Notes under the pieces: generated by a model | Told to the model about the DNA's origin: nothing | The model's database searches: none | What the model saw: only the letters and a program-made list of their open reading frames with translations | Assembly (NCBI GenBank): GCA_965219385.1 | Contig: CBDCNM010000002.1 | Location: 1,916,936 to 1,980,935, forward strand | DNA length: 64,000 bases | Direction of reading: 5' to 3' | Source of the DNA: Candidatus Latescibacterota bacterium | GTDB taxonomy: Bacteria > Latescibacterota > UBA2968 > UBA8231 | Shown here: in pieces, positions 28,098 through 36,254 of the stretch | How positions within the stretch are numbered: the stretch's first letter is position 1 | Layout of the letters: every line of letters begins with the position of its first letter | Program-made: the position numbers and the translations under genes

Positions 28098-29099
28098 TCA
28101 AATCTGCGATTGGTAGATGGCGTCGACCAGTTCCATGGTCTTGACGGCATCGGCAAAATTGGTCTCCGGCTCTTTGCCCTGTTGTACACACTGGATGAAG
28201 TGAAGGTTGGTATCGTAGGCCCCGAAGGCCCGGTAGCTTTCCCGGCTGCCGCTGAGTTCGAAAGGGTCGAGAACCTCGACCGGTTCGAGCCGGCCGTCGG
28301 CAAAGACTCGGCCCCCTTCTTCAGGGTCGCCAAAAAACGAGATCCCCGCCCCGTGCACCTCGGCCGCGAACATGCGGCGACCGGTCATGAAGTTGACCAG
28401 TAGAAGGCCGGTGGCACCGGAACTGAACTTGATCAGAGCCAGGTGCAGGTTCCAGTGCTCCGCATCCAGCCGGCGCGAGTCGCTGGCCACGCTCTCGACT
28501 TCGCCGCCGCACAGAAAGCGCAGGGTGTCCACCGCGTGGATGCCGTCGCAGGTGAGGATGTCCATGGCGCCGCGGTAATAAGGACCGGCTCCGGCTGTGT
28601 TTTTGTAAAAGCAGGCATGGGCGGTGTGGATGGGACCCTTCTCAGCGCAGCGGGCCAGGCCGCGCCGGATCAGGGGGGCGAAGCGCCGCTGGAAGGTCAC
28701 GCCGGTGAGCACCTTGTGCTTGCGGGCCAGGAGCGCCAGCTGGCGAGTTTGCTCGGTGGTGACGGCCGGCGGCTTTTCGATGAACAGGTTGCAGCCCATT
28801 TCGATGACCGTGGCGGCCATGTCGTAAAGGTGGTGCGGTGGCATGATGGCGTAGACCGCCTCGGGTCTTTCCTGCTCGATCATTTCCACGGCGTTGGTAT
28901 AGCGTCCGGCGATGCCGAATTTTGCGGCCGTGTGGTGGAGGCGGTCTTCGTCCAGTTCGGCCACGGCGACGACCTGGGCGGCGGGGATCTTCGCCAGGGA
29001 GGGGTAGTGGGCGCTGAGGGCGCGGCCGCCGGCGCCGATGATGGCTACCCGGACTTTTTTGCCGCGGGGTTTGCTGGTTTTCTTCTTTTTTACAGGCAT
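28098..29099 (-). CDS. Gfo/Idh/MocA oxidoreductase
   Basis: IIGAGG, IEKPP, FQRRF, DGIHAVD. Confidence 0.9.
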   Translation of the reverse strand: MPVKKKKTSKPRGKKVRVAIIGAGGRALSAHYPSLAKIPAAQVVAVAELDEDRLHHTAAKFGIAGRYTNAVEMIEQERPEAVYAIMPPHHLYDMAATVIEMGCNLFIEKPPAVTTEQTRQLALLARKHKVLTGVTFQRRFAPLIRRGLARCAEKGPIHTAHACFYKNTAGAGPYYRGAMDILTCDGIHAVDTLRFLCGGEVESVASDSRRLDAEHWNLHLALIKFSSGATGLLLVNFMTGRRMFAAEVHGAGISFFGDPEEGGRVFADGRLEPVEVLDPFELSGSRESYRAFGAYDTNLHFIQCVQQGKEPETNFADAVKTMELVDAIYQSQI

Positions 29100-29248
29100 T
29101 TTTTCCTCTTGAGGCTGGGGATGAGCTGAGCGACTATATTTTCACCCATCCCGAGGTTTCTCCCTGGGGAGATTCACGCGGGTCAGGAGCGGATCTGGGT
29201 ATACATTGACGAGTCGGACGATCTGACTGATCGACCAGGTTTTCTAAT

Positions 29249-30355
29249 CTAAACCCGGCTCAACACCTCTTTGCAGCGCTCGGCCACCACGCGCTCCTGG
29301 CCGGGCTGGAGCATGTGGGGGTTGATGACGATGCTGTCCTCGGTGAAGTGCTGAGCGACCACGACGCGCGGATCGCCCTCCAGTAGCTCCTCTGCGATTT
29401 TCTCCCTAGTGAGACCGGTTTGCCGGCGGATGGAGAGGAGGGGCACCTGGTAGGTTTCTCCTTTGATGAAGCGACCTGTTTCGATGTGGGGGATGGTCCT
29501 GAGGGCTTCTTCGATATGGTCCACCTGGGCTTCCCAGCGCCTCCTGTCGGCGTCGTGGTCCCGCGCCAGGTAGAGTTCCAGGGCCTTCAAAAAGCCGATG
29601 ATCTCCTCGCGGCTCACCTTCATGGGGCGGCCGATGGCGGCAAAGGGGTTGCCGTTGGCGGCGCACGCCGCGATCAGGTCCCGGCGCCCGATCAGGAGCC
29701 CGGTGGACTGGGGGCCCATAAGGCTCTTGCCGCCGCTGAAGATGACCAGGTCGGCGCCGGCCCGGTAGAAGCGGGTGAGGACCGACAGCGGCGGGCACTC
29801 CGAAGCCGCGTCGACGATCACCGGCACCGAGGCTGCGTGCGCCAGGGCCACGACCTGCTCGAATGGAATCGAGGCGGGATTTCCCATGGCGGTGGCCAGG
29901 TAGAAGATGGCGGCGGTGTCCTGGTGGATGACCGCTTCCAGCGCCGCGGTCGGCGGGGTGCCCTGGTCGTCGATTTCCACCAGGGTCGCCCCGGCCACGC
30001 GCAGGGCCTGATCGTAGGCAATGCGGTGCACCTTCTGGATGATCACCTCGCGTTTCATACCCGTGGTATCGGGCAGGCGCTCGATTTGGGCCGGGTCGGC
30101 GCCGGCCATGCAGGCCGCGGTACTCAACACCAGGCCACAGGCCGCGCTCGAGGTCACGTAGGCCGCCTCCACCCCGAGCAGGGTGGCGATCCTGTGGCCG
30201 GCCTTCTGGTGCAACTCGTCCAGGGGACAGAATTGCCGCGAGGCCGCGCGCATGGTATCCACGACCTCGGAAGACATCAGCGATCCGCCGTAGAGGGTGA
30301 CGGTCCCGCCGGCGTTGATCACCGGGCGCACCCCCAATTCTTCGTACACGTCCAT
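29249..30355 (-). CDS. SelA/DgaE-like PLP-dependent enzyme
   Basis: LGVRPVINAGGTVTLYGGS, VIVDAASE, IFSGGK (PLP lysine), IGRPMKVSREEI. Confidence 0.85.
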   Translation of the reverse strand: MDVYEELGVRPVINAGGTVTLYGGSLMSSEVVDTMRAASRQFCPLDELHQKAGHRIATLLGVEAAYVTSSAACGLVLSTAACMAGADPAQIERLPDTTGMKREVIIQKVHRIAYDQALRVAGATLVEIDDQGTPPTAALEAVIHQDTAAIFYLATAMGNPASIPFEQVVALAHAASVPVIVDAASECPPLSVLTRFYRAGADLVIFSGGKSLMGPQSTGLLIGRRDLIAACAANGNPFAAIGRPMKVSREEIIGFLKALELYLARDHDADRRRWEAQVDHIEEALRTIPHIETGRFIKGETYQVPLLSIRRQTGLTREKIAEELLEGDPRVVVAQHFTEDSIVINPHMLQPGQERVVAERCKEVLSRV

Positions 30356-30374
30356 GCTCGAATCCCCTTTCATT

Positions 30375-31478
30375 TCATTCCGAGCGCTCTGCAAAGTGTG
30401 CGGTCCGGCGCAGGGCCTCGACCCCGGATTCCCGCAGAGAGATCGGCAAATGGACCGGCCGGTTGCCCTCGAGCTGGGACTGGTAGATGGCCATGACCAT
30501 CTCCAGGGAGCGGCGCCCCACGCGGCCGTCGCTGCGCAGCTGCCCCTGTCCCTTGAGAGCCCCCACCAGTTCCTCCAGGGCCACGACGTAGCTCGAGGCC
30601 GGGGTTGGGTGTTCTACCTGGACGGGGCGCAGGGAGCTCCACTGGAAACCACTGTCCGGCTCGTACACGTCCTGCTCGGACTGGAAAAGCCGGACCTGTT
30701 CCTGGACAAAACGGATGATTCCCCGGGTGCCGCGCAGCTCAAAAGCATTGTCGGTGTAGAGGGTGAGTTCGGCGCCGTGAATTACCCCGGTGACCCCGCT
30801 CTTGAACCTCATGAAGGCGGCACTGAAGTCCTCCACCGCCCAGGGCCGCATCCGTTGCTCGGCCATGCCGCAGAGCCAGTCTACCTCGCCGGCGTAAAGG
30901 TCCATCAGGTCGAAGTAGTGGGTGAAATCGTGCAGCAAAGGCCCTTCGTTTTCGCTGCGCCACGAGGGCGCGGGCTTGCCCCCGTCCATGTAGCAATAGA
31001 TGTGATTGAGTTCGCCGATGGCCCCGTCGCGGAGCAGCTCGAGCCCCAGGTTCCACTCCGGGTACCAACGGCGGTTGTGGTTGATCTGCAGAAGGACGTC
31101 CTCCCGCTCGCAGGCCTGGATCATGCGGTCGCACTCGTCCAGTGAAAGGGCCATCGGCTTTTCGCAGATGATGGCCCGGGTGGAGGGCGCGGCCGCACAG
31201 CCCAGGACCATGTCGCAGTGCAGCTCCGGATGGGTGGCCACAATGCAGATATCGGGTTTGATTTCCCCCAGCATCTGCCGGTAGTCGCGATAGAGGGCCT
31301 CGACCTGGAAGCGCTGGCCAAAGGCTTCGAGTTTCTCGCGGCCCCGGTTGACCCCGGCCACCAGCTCGCAGTCCGGGCTGTGCAACACGGCTTCGGCGTG
31401 ATTGTCGGGCAAATCGCCAAAACTGAACTGGTACCCGACCCGGCCGGTGCCGATCAGTGCTACGCGGTATGGAGTCAT
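30375..31478 (-). CDS. Gfo/Idh/MocA oxidoreductase
   Basis: LIGTGRVG, CEKPMA, NHNRRW, HDFTHYFD. Confidence 0.9.
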   Translation of the reverse strand: MTPYRVALIGTGRVGYQFSFGDLPDNHAEAVLHSPDCELVAGVNRGREKLEAFGQRFQVEALYRDYRQMLGEIKPDICIVATHPELHCDMVLGCAAAPSTRAIICEKPMALSLDECDRMIQACEREDVLLQINHNRRWYPEWNLGLELLRDGAIGELNHIYCYMDGGKPAPSWRSENEGPLLHDFTHYFDLMDLYAGEVDWLCGMAEQRMRPWAVEDFSAAFMRFKSGVTGVIHGAELTLYTDNAFELRGTRGIIRFVQEQVRLFQSEQDVYEPDSGFQWSSLRPVQVEHPTPASSYVVALEELVGALKGQGQLRSDGRVGRRSLEMVMAIYQSQLEGNRPVHLPISLRESGVEALRRTAHFAERSE

Positions 31479-31521
31479 CTTCTCCTCCTTCTCACTTTCT
31501 TTGTCCTCATCATGGCGGACC

Positions 31522-33021
31522 TCACTGCAGAATGGTCGGCTCGAGACCGGGGATCTCCTGGTCGAGCGGGAAGTAGGGACGCCTGAGATTTTTGAAGCGC
31601 ACGTGGCGCATGGTGGCCGGGGTCGGGCCGGGGGTGTCGAGGATGAAGACGGCCGGGTCCAGACCTCCGTACGCCATGCGGTAGTTCATGGGATTCTTGG
31701 CCACGATGAACTTGGCCGCGGCCGGGTCCATCTCCAGGGAGCGAAACTGTTCGTCCGCCCAGTCGTAGGTGCCATAGCTGGAAATCAGCATCTGGACGGC
31801 GCCGACTTCCAGCAGGGCCGCGGGCCCCATCTCCCCTTCGACCCCACCCCAGATGCCGCCGGTATAGCGGAAGCGGCCGTCGCTCAGCCGGGCCACGCGG
31901 CCCTGCACGGGGATGGGCTCGCCCCAGCGCGGGTCGCAGCGGTGGCCCAGGGAAAGGCTCAATTCTCCTCCCGCTCCGGCCGCGTGACACTCCGCTGCGG
32001 CCTGGGCGTCTACCACGGGGACCAGGGCGGTCTGGTCGCCCCCGGCTTCGAGCAAGGCCTTCAGGGTGGCTACGCTGTCGCCGGCGGCGCCGCCGCCGCA
32101 ACAGTCCGCCGCCTCCACCAGCACCACCGGGCGGTCCGTGGCCAGGCCCTGGGCGATGGCCTCTGGCGGGGTGTGGACCCGGGGCTCCAGCTCAAGGCGC
32201 CGCTCCCAGAAGTCCTGGGCCAGCTCGTGCGCCAGGGTCGCGGCCCGGTCCATATCGTCGTTGGTGATGACCACGGCGCCACAGCCCATATCCGGCTGGT
32301 CGAGAACGCAGTGGACCAGGATGGCGCTGGTGGACACAACCCCGTCGCGGCCTTCGTGCGCCTTGGCCCGGCGCATGATGTGGGCAAAGGGGTCGTTCCC
32401 CTCGGTCGAACCGTGAATGGCGCTGGTAATCACCGGCACCTTGCCCATGGCCATGGTCGGCCGACAGCGTCCTTCGAGGGTATCCATGAGCAAGCAGGCG
32501 CCGCGTTCCCCCGTGGTGACAGGATCCCGGTGCGGGTAGGTCTCCCAGGCGATCAATCCGTCGGCAAACTCGACCATGTCGGCGGTGATATGGGCGTGCA
32601 GGTCCAGGGTGGCGACGATGGGCACCTGGCCGCCGACGAGCTGGCGCACGGCTTTGATCAGGTCGCCTTCGAGGTCGCCGATGTCTTCGGCCGCGGCCGC
32701 CCCGTGCAGGGGCAGGAGGACTCCGTCCACGGGCAGGGCCTGGCCCAGGCGCTGGATGAGTTCGGTTTTGAGCCGGCGGTAACACCCGGATTTGAGGGGA
32801 CCGCCGGGACAGGTGCTGGCGTAGAGCAGCGGGACCGGGTCGGCCTGGTGTTGGCGCAGCACGGACATCATGCCGCCCACGGCTCCGGTGTTGACTTGCA
32901 GGAGTTGGTCTCCTCTGTAGAGTTCGTAGCGCTCGAACCAGTCCATGTCGATGGGGACGCCGCCGAGCATGTTGGATTCGGTGAGGATGGCTCCGATGGC
33001 GATGCGGTGGGGAGGGCTCAT
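31522..33021 (-). CDS. MlrC/M81 family metallopeptidase
   Basis: TESN, LHGAA, LDLHAH, TYPHRD, D..GGGAAGDS. Confidence 0.85.
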   Translation of the reverse strand: MSPPHRIAIGAILTESNMLGGVPIDMDWFERYELYRGDQLLQVNTGAVGGMMSVLRQHQADPVPLLYASTCPGGPLKSGCYRRLKTELIQRLGQALPVDGVLLPLHGAAAAEDIGDLEGDLIKAVRQLVGGQVPIVATLDLHAHITADMVEFADGLIAWETYPHRDPVTTGERGACLLMDTLEGRCRPTMAMGKVPVITSAIHGSTEGNDPFAHIMRRAKAHEGRDGVVSTSAILVHCVLDQPDMGCGAVVITNDDMDRAATLAHELAQDFWERRLELEPRVHTPPEAIAQGLATDRPVVLVEAADCCGGGAAGDSVATLKALLEAGGDQTALVPVVDAQAAAECHAAGAGGELSLSLGHRCDPRWGEPIPVQGRVARLSDGRFRYTGGIWGGVEGEMGPAALLEVGAVQMLISSYGTYDWADEQFRSLEMDPAAAKFIVAKNPMNYRMAYGGLDPAVFILDTPGPTPATMRHVRFKNLRRPYFPLDQEIPGLEPTILQ

Positions 33022-33108
33022 GGTTTTTGGGCTTTTCCTTTTCTTTGTGCTTTTCTTGAGGGCGGGAGTGGTATCTTAATATACTCTAATTTTCTGGTGA
33101 AAATGAAA

Positions 33109-33358
33109 TATACGCAGTACTGCGTGGAATCGGCGGCCGGCCGAAAGGGGATGCCGCCTCTGGCGTTTCACGAGGCCCACAGCTGGTGGAGCGACCCTTT
33201 GCTGGTGGTCGGGCTCGCCTCAGGGGCGGTCCCGAAAATCGGCAGGGCACCTTGGTCTATTCCGCCCCGCCCGACCCGGCATAAAACGCCGCCGGCAACA
33301 TCCCCTTCCGGCCTTGATGGCCGAATATTTGCGGTGTTTCGTGAGGTACTGAATACTT
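33109..33358. repeat. MITE-like element with long imperfect inverted repeats; partial copies at ~33370, 35761 and 55500
   Basis: ATCGGCGGCCGGCCGAAAGGGGATGCCGCCTCTGGCGTTT (33130) is inverted relative to AAAACGCCGCCGGCAACATCCCCTTCCGGCC (33283). Confidence 0.55.
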
Positions 33359-33515
33359 GATGATCACGCAATCGGCCGAAAGGGGAAAGAGGCTTTGCGG
33401 CTCTGGCGTTTGCCGGGTCCCAGGGGGCTCTCGGGCCTTTCCGGGCGGCTGTGCTTGACAACGTGAGCAGGATACACAATCATCATAGCATTCGCGAGGA
33501 CGGGGGCTCGACGCC

Positions 33516-33714
33516 GGTGCAGATAGGACCATTGTCGGGCCCCATGTCCAGCGCCGGGAACTGAGGGTGGAGGCCGCGGTGGAGGGCAGTTAAGGCCCTG
33601 GCCGTCCTTCTGAGCGATCCCCTGGGGCACCGGGTGGACCCCCAGGCCCGGCCTAGGCTGGAGGAGATGATGGCCGGGACCCGGGCGCGGCTGCCGCAAT
33701 TTGACCGGAGGTAG
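33516..33714 (+). pseudogene. 3' remnant of a family 4 glycoside hydrolase (MelA-like)
   Basis: HVQRRELRVEAAVEGS / KALAVLLSDPL...RLEEMMAGTRARLPQF*, broken by a stop and a frameshift. Confidence 0.55.
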
Positions 33715-33716
33715 AG

Positions 33717-34472
33717 ATGCGTTTGACCGACCCGGCGACCATCCGTAGTATCACCCGTTTGTGGCAGGGCGAACGGGACGCCAGCGGTCGTCCGCTGGTG
33801 CCCGACGCGGTCCTGGAGCGGTTGCACAGGGCCCCCCTTGGCGCGGCCTCGGAGGTGCTCGACAGGCATCAGTACCACCACAACTTTGCCGGCGACTGGA
33901 TCATCCTCCACCCCGACCGGGTGCTGGTGGGCCGGGCCATTACCTGCCGCTGGGTGCCCTTGCGGCCCGACCTCCACGACGTCATCCTGCGCCAGGGCGA
34001 GGTCGAGGAGCGCATTGGCTTCCTGAATTCGTGGGTGATCGACGAGGTGGTGGCAGGCGATGTGCTGGTCGCCGATTTGTTCGGCCAGGTCAACCTGGTG
34101 GGCGACAACCTGACCACGGCGATCAAGACCAATGGGGGCCGCGGCATGGTGATCGACGGCGGCCTCCGCGACCTGCAGGGGATCGCGAAGATCCCGGAGT
34201 TTTGCTCGTACGTGCGGCGGATACACCCGGAAGCCATTCCCGGGGTGACCATGCCCGAGATCAATGGCGTCACCCGCATCGGTGAGGCTACCTGCATTCC
34301 GGGCGACGTGGTGCTGGGCACGGCGGAAGGAGTGGTGTTCATCCCGCCGCATCTGGCCGCGGAGATCGCCGCGCTTCACGATCCAGACGCTTTGCTTTGC
34401 TCCATCTCCCGGCGGAAGCGCAGAACCGGGTCCTCTTCATCGCACTCGACATCGGCAAAGCGCAGCGGCTGA
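33717..34472 (+). CDS. RraA/HMG aldolase family protein
   Basis: LVGRAIT, GDVLVADLFG, VIDGGLRD, PGDVVLG..EGVVFIP. The tail overlaps the convergent gene, so it may be truncated. Confidence 0.8.
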   Translation: MRLTDPATIRSITRLWQGERDASGRPLVPDAVLERLHRAPLGAASEVLDRHQYHHNFAGDWIILHPDRVLVGRAITCRWVPLRPDLHDVILRQGEVEERIGFLNSWVIDEVVAGDVLVADLFGQVNLVGDNLTTAIKTNGGRGMVIDGGLRDLQGIAKIPEFCSYVRRIHPEAIPGVTMPEINGVTRIGEATCIPGDVVLGTAEGVVFIPPHLAAEIAALHDPDALLCSISRRKRRTGSSSSHSTSAKRSG

Positions 34473-35722
34473 CCAGCCGGCACCTCCTTTTTCAGCTTCA
34501 CATGGTGCGCCAGACCAATGGGCAGGGCGCCGGCCTGGAGGGATTCCCGGGCGGACGTCAGGGTGCCGTACACGCTGTATCCGCCCTCTCCGTCCAGCAG
34601 CTCTCCGGCGGTCAGGGGGCGCTTGGCCGTGGCGATGACATCGGCTCTGAACCCGGTGGGACACCCGGTTGCCTCGCCGCGCAGGCCGGCCTTCAGCACG
34701 CTCACGCTCAGCTCCAGGCCGACCAGGTGATAGGGCCGGTACAGGGCCGCGTAACGCCCGCTGGGATCGGTGGGCAGACCGTACCCGGCAAAGCAGTGTT
34801 TGACGTAGTCGCTGGGCGCTTCGATGGTGACGTAGACCCCCCAGCGCAGGTCGCGGGGCACTGGATTCCCGTCCCGCTCCAGGCAGGAGATCACCTCGAC
34901 CGTGCCCTTGTGGGCCAGCCGTCCCCCGGCGCTGTGCGGCACCAGGAGGTTTTGCAAATCGTCGATGCTGCAGGGGGGAAACCCCAGGCCCTGCGGCTGG
35001 GGCAGCAGTCCGGTGGCATTGGCCACGGCTGCCATTTCAATGGCCGATTTGGTGCCGTCGAGGAAGGAGTTGAACATCTGGGGATTGAGGTGGTCGCGCG
35101 CCGCGGTTTCCGGGCTGAAGCCGTAGTACTCCCAGACCGTTTCCGGCGTGGAGGTGTGGTACTCGGGCAGGTACTTGGTGCCCTTGCCAGCGCAGACCAC
35201 GTCGAAGCCACTGACCCTGGCCCATTCCACCAGTTCGCAGATCAGGGCCGGCTGGTCGCCGTAGGCCAGGCTGTAGACCACCCCGGCTTGGGCGGCGCGA
35301 TCCGCCAGGAGCGGGCCGCCCAGGACGTCCGCCTCCACGTTGACCATGACCACGTGGAGGCCGTTTTCGATCGCCTTGAGGGCGTGGTGGATGCCGGCGA
35401 GGGGGTGGCCCGTGGCTTCGACCACAACATCCAGGCCCTGGGCCCGGATGAGGGCGTCGGCATCGTCGGTGATGCAGGTAGAGCCTTTTTCGAAGGCCTC
35501 GGCAAAGCTGGTGGCGGCAAAGTGCTCGGGCGGCCATTCGACCCGGTCCAGGGCCTGGCGGGCGCGCTCGGGTGCCAGGTCGGCCAGGCCCAGAATGTGC
35601 AGCCCGGGTACCCGCTGGGCCTGGCTCAGGAACATGGTGCCGAACTTGCCTGCCCCGATCAGTCCCACTCGCAGGGGGGTAGCGGATTCGGCGCGCTCGG
35701 CTAGCAATTGCATTAGGGACAA
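34376..35722 (-). CDS. Homoserine dehydrogenase-like NAD(P) oxidoreductase with SAF domain
   Basis: LIGAGKFG, VNVEAD, YGDQP, FLDGTKSAIEM, YRPYHL.GLE, LDGEGG, LPIGLA. TTG at 35722 follows AAGGAGA. Confidence 0.85.
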   Translation of the reverse strand: MSLMQLLAERAESATPLRVGLIGAGKFGTMFLSQAQRVPGLHILGLADLAPERARQALDRVEWPPEHFAATSFAEAFEKGSTCITDDADALIRAQGLDVVVEATGHPLAGIHHALKAIENGLHVVMVNVEADVLGGPLLADRAAQAGVVYSLAYGDQPALICELVEWARVSGFDVVCAGKGTKYLPEYHTSTPETVWEYYGFSPETAARDHLNPQMFNSFLDGTKSAIEMAAVANATGLLPQPQGLGFPPCSIDDLQNLLVPHSAGGRLAHKGTVEVISCLERDGNPVPRDLRWGVYVTIEAPSDYVKHCFAGYGLPTDPSGRYAALYRPYHLVGLELSVSVLKAGLRGEATGCPTGFRADVIATAKRPLTAGELLDGEGGYSVYGTLTSARESLQAGALPIGLAHHVKLKKEVPAGQPLRFADVECDEEDPVLRFRREMEQSKASGS

Positions 35723-35831
35723 GGTGTATCTCCTTCTTGTGGGGGTCGGCACTTGACGGCATCGGCGGCCGGCCGGAAAGGGATGCTGCCTCTGGCGTTT
35801 TATGAGTCCCTGGTTGTCGGGCTCGCCAATT

Positions 35832-36130
35832 TCAACGCCAGCCGCGCTGGCCCGACAGACCGCGGTTCGGGGAAGGGGTGAAGGGTTTGTCCTTCGCGCC
35901 CACCAGCCGGTCTTCCTCCACCCATTCCAGGTCGCTGCCATACAGGTTGCCCACCAGCAGGTCCTCGAGCCGCTGACGCACATCCGCGTACTCGGGGGCG
36001 GCGGAAAGATCGCGCATCTCCTGGGGATCCTTCTCCAGGTCGAATAGCTGGATGCGGTTGCCGACGGGGTACCAGATGAGCTTGTGGTGATCGGCGCGCA
36101 CCATGCGCATGGCCTGGTCGCCTGTGGAAC
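35832..36130 (-). pseudogene. 3' remnant of a sulfatase
   Basis: RMVRADHHKLIWYPVGNRIQLFDLEKDPQEMRDL; the catalytic N-terminus is absent. Confidence 0.7.
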
Positions 36131-36254
36131 CTGCCCACAATATATGCAATCCAAGGCGCCGGGTCTATGTGGATATGGGTTGACAGTCGGGGAAGGGGAC
36201 CTACATTTTGAGCGCCCAGGACGAGAATGCACAGGAGAAGGCCATGGAGAAGGA

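Noticed and set aside
29249..30355. True selenocysteine synthase selA
   Set aside because: Shorter than SelA, lacks its N-terminal tRNA-binding region, and no selB/selC/selD nearby.
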